From Pristiophorus japonicus (lineage: Eukaryota), in the NCBI RefSeq assembly GCF_044704955.1, contig NC_091988.1:84692001-84756000 (forward strand): a stretch of DNA of 64,000 nucleotides, in the 5' to 3' direction. Every line of letters starts with the position of its first letter. The stretch's first letter is position 1. The notes below the pieces were generated by a model that saw nothing but the letters and a program-made list of their open reading frames with translations, was not told the origin of the DNA and ran no database searches. Below are positions 62,840 through 64,000 of the stretch, one piece after another. Both the position numbers and the translations under genes were made by a program.

Positions 62840-64000
62840 GTAATGTGATTCTTGATCTAAAACCTTCTGCAAACAATGGGCCACTGGGAGGAGGAACATG
62901 GGCATAGACTAGTTGGGCTGAATGGACTGTGTGCTGAACATTCAATGAAATATTTGGACCTGTAACAATATGATTTTAATGTAAGCTTTCATTTTGATTG
63001 GACTTCATGATCAGAATATTTTAGTGAGGTCTGTTTCAATGAGATACTCATGGAGGTTTCTTTCCCTGATTCAATGTTTTATTGATTGAATCTAAACTGG
63101 TCATCTGTACTGAAGTACATGGTGACTAGACTGCCTTGAGCAATGTAACAATGGAGGGTGAGATGAAGGGTTGTGGCAACATGGGTGACTTTTTTTGATG
63201 TACGTTTGGTGGTTTAGTTTTGATTTCTGAGATTGAACTCCAACTTTATCCCAACCGATGTTATATTTCACAATTTGTAGAAAATCATGGGAACTGATTA
63301 CTAAATATTCAAGGGTTCTTTTATGCGAAAATGCTTTGACAGAATGAGGCATTTTTCATCAAATTGAGCTGCCCCTAGAGTAAAGGCAGAACATGCTTAT
63401 GGTGAAATTGTACTGAGGAAACCTAGACTGAAGACAATCCTTTTGAAGGAATTGTCAGGATTGTTTAAATTTGGAATGTTATGTCTTGCATAGTCAGACT
63501 AGATACTGCGAGCTCAAAGTAAGATGTGACCATAGTCCTTTTATTACAGATCAGAGTAGCCTGTGAGACCTCCTTCTTTTTTTTTTAATATATAATGATG
63601 CTCCCATGGCATAGTGGGATACCTTGGGACTCCAGGGGATAAGTCCTCTGGTGGTTTGACATGGTATTTAAAGGTTTACATGCATCACCATAAGTGACCA
63701 TAAAGTACTGAGGCCAATGGAGCAGTTATCCCTAGTGCTGTCTTCCATCCCTAAACCCCTCTGCCTTTCTACCACTCCATCTGTTTATGGTACTTATTCA
63801 AACTTTGCTTAAGTGGCCAAGCCTTTCGTCAAATATCTTGCGTCGATTGGTGCCAAACTTTTTTTTTTAACCTCCCGTGAAGTGCCTTAATGTTTTACGA
63901 TGGCAAGTGAGTTATATAAGTGCTTGATTGAGGTTCCCTTCCCCCAGAGGCTGAAATATCTCTTCAAATGCATTTGGATAGAGCTGGGACTCTAATTAAT

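Larger units (their letters stand above)
50713..64000 (+). repeat. Tandem duplication unit 5 (type C spacer with Gypsy/CR1 + ZP3 copy 5)
   Basis: Colinear with the other units but more diverged, with private insertions. Confidence 0.8.

Overview
This is vertebrate genomic DNA. The repeat content (Deu-domain tRNA SINEs, CR1 LINEs with a (TTCTATGT)-like tail, Penelope-type ends, FQDD-type Gypsy) suggests a cartilaginous fish, which is an inference. The window is a head-to-tail tandem array of ~10-16 kb units, each carrying a + strand zona pellucida ZP3-like gene with 9 coding exons (signal peptide, ZP-N/ZP-C module, ZP3 Cys cluster, furin site, external hydrophobic patch, C-terminal TM). Copies 1 (8065-11303), 3 (30169-33316) and 4 (46318-49552) are intact. 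Copy 2 (19023-20612) has lost its promoter and exon 1 at a junction with 5-bp microhomology. Copy 5 (from 62456) runs off the window. Upstream spacers fall into types A-B-B-A-C. They are built from nested degenerate TEs, plus unit-specific young CR1 insertions and a 5'-deleted Gypsy element split by a CR1. Comparing units by eye shows gene-conversion-like patches, several 21-33 bp micro-inversions, a heptamer array replacing ~600 bp, a palindromic E-box/CCAAT promoter and a degenerate hammerhead-ribozyme motif upstream of each promoter. An N gap lies at 50332-50712.
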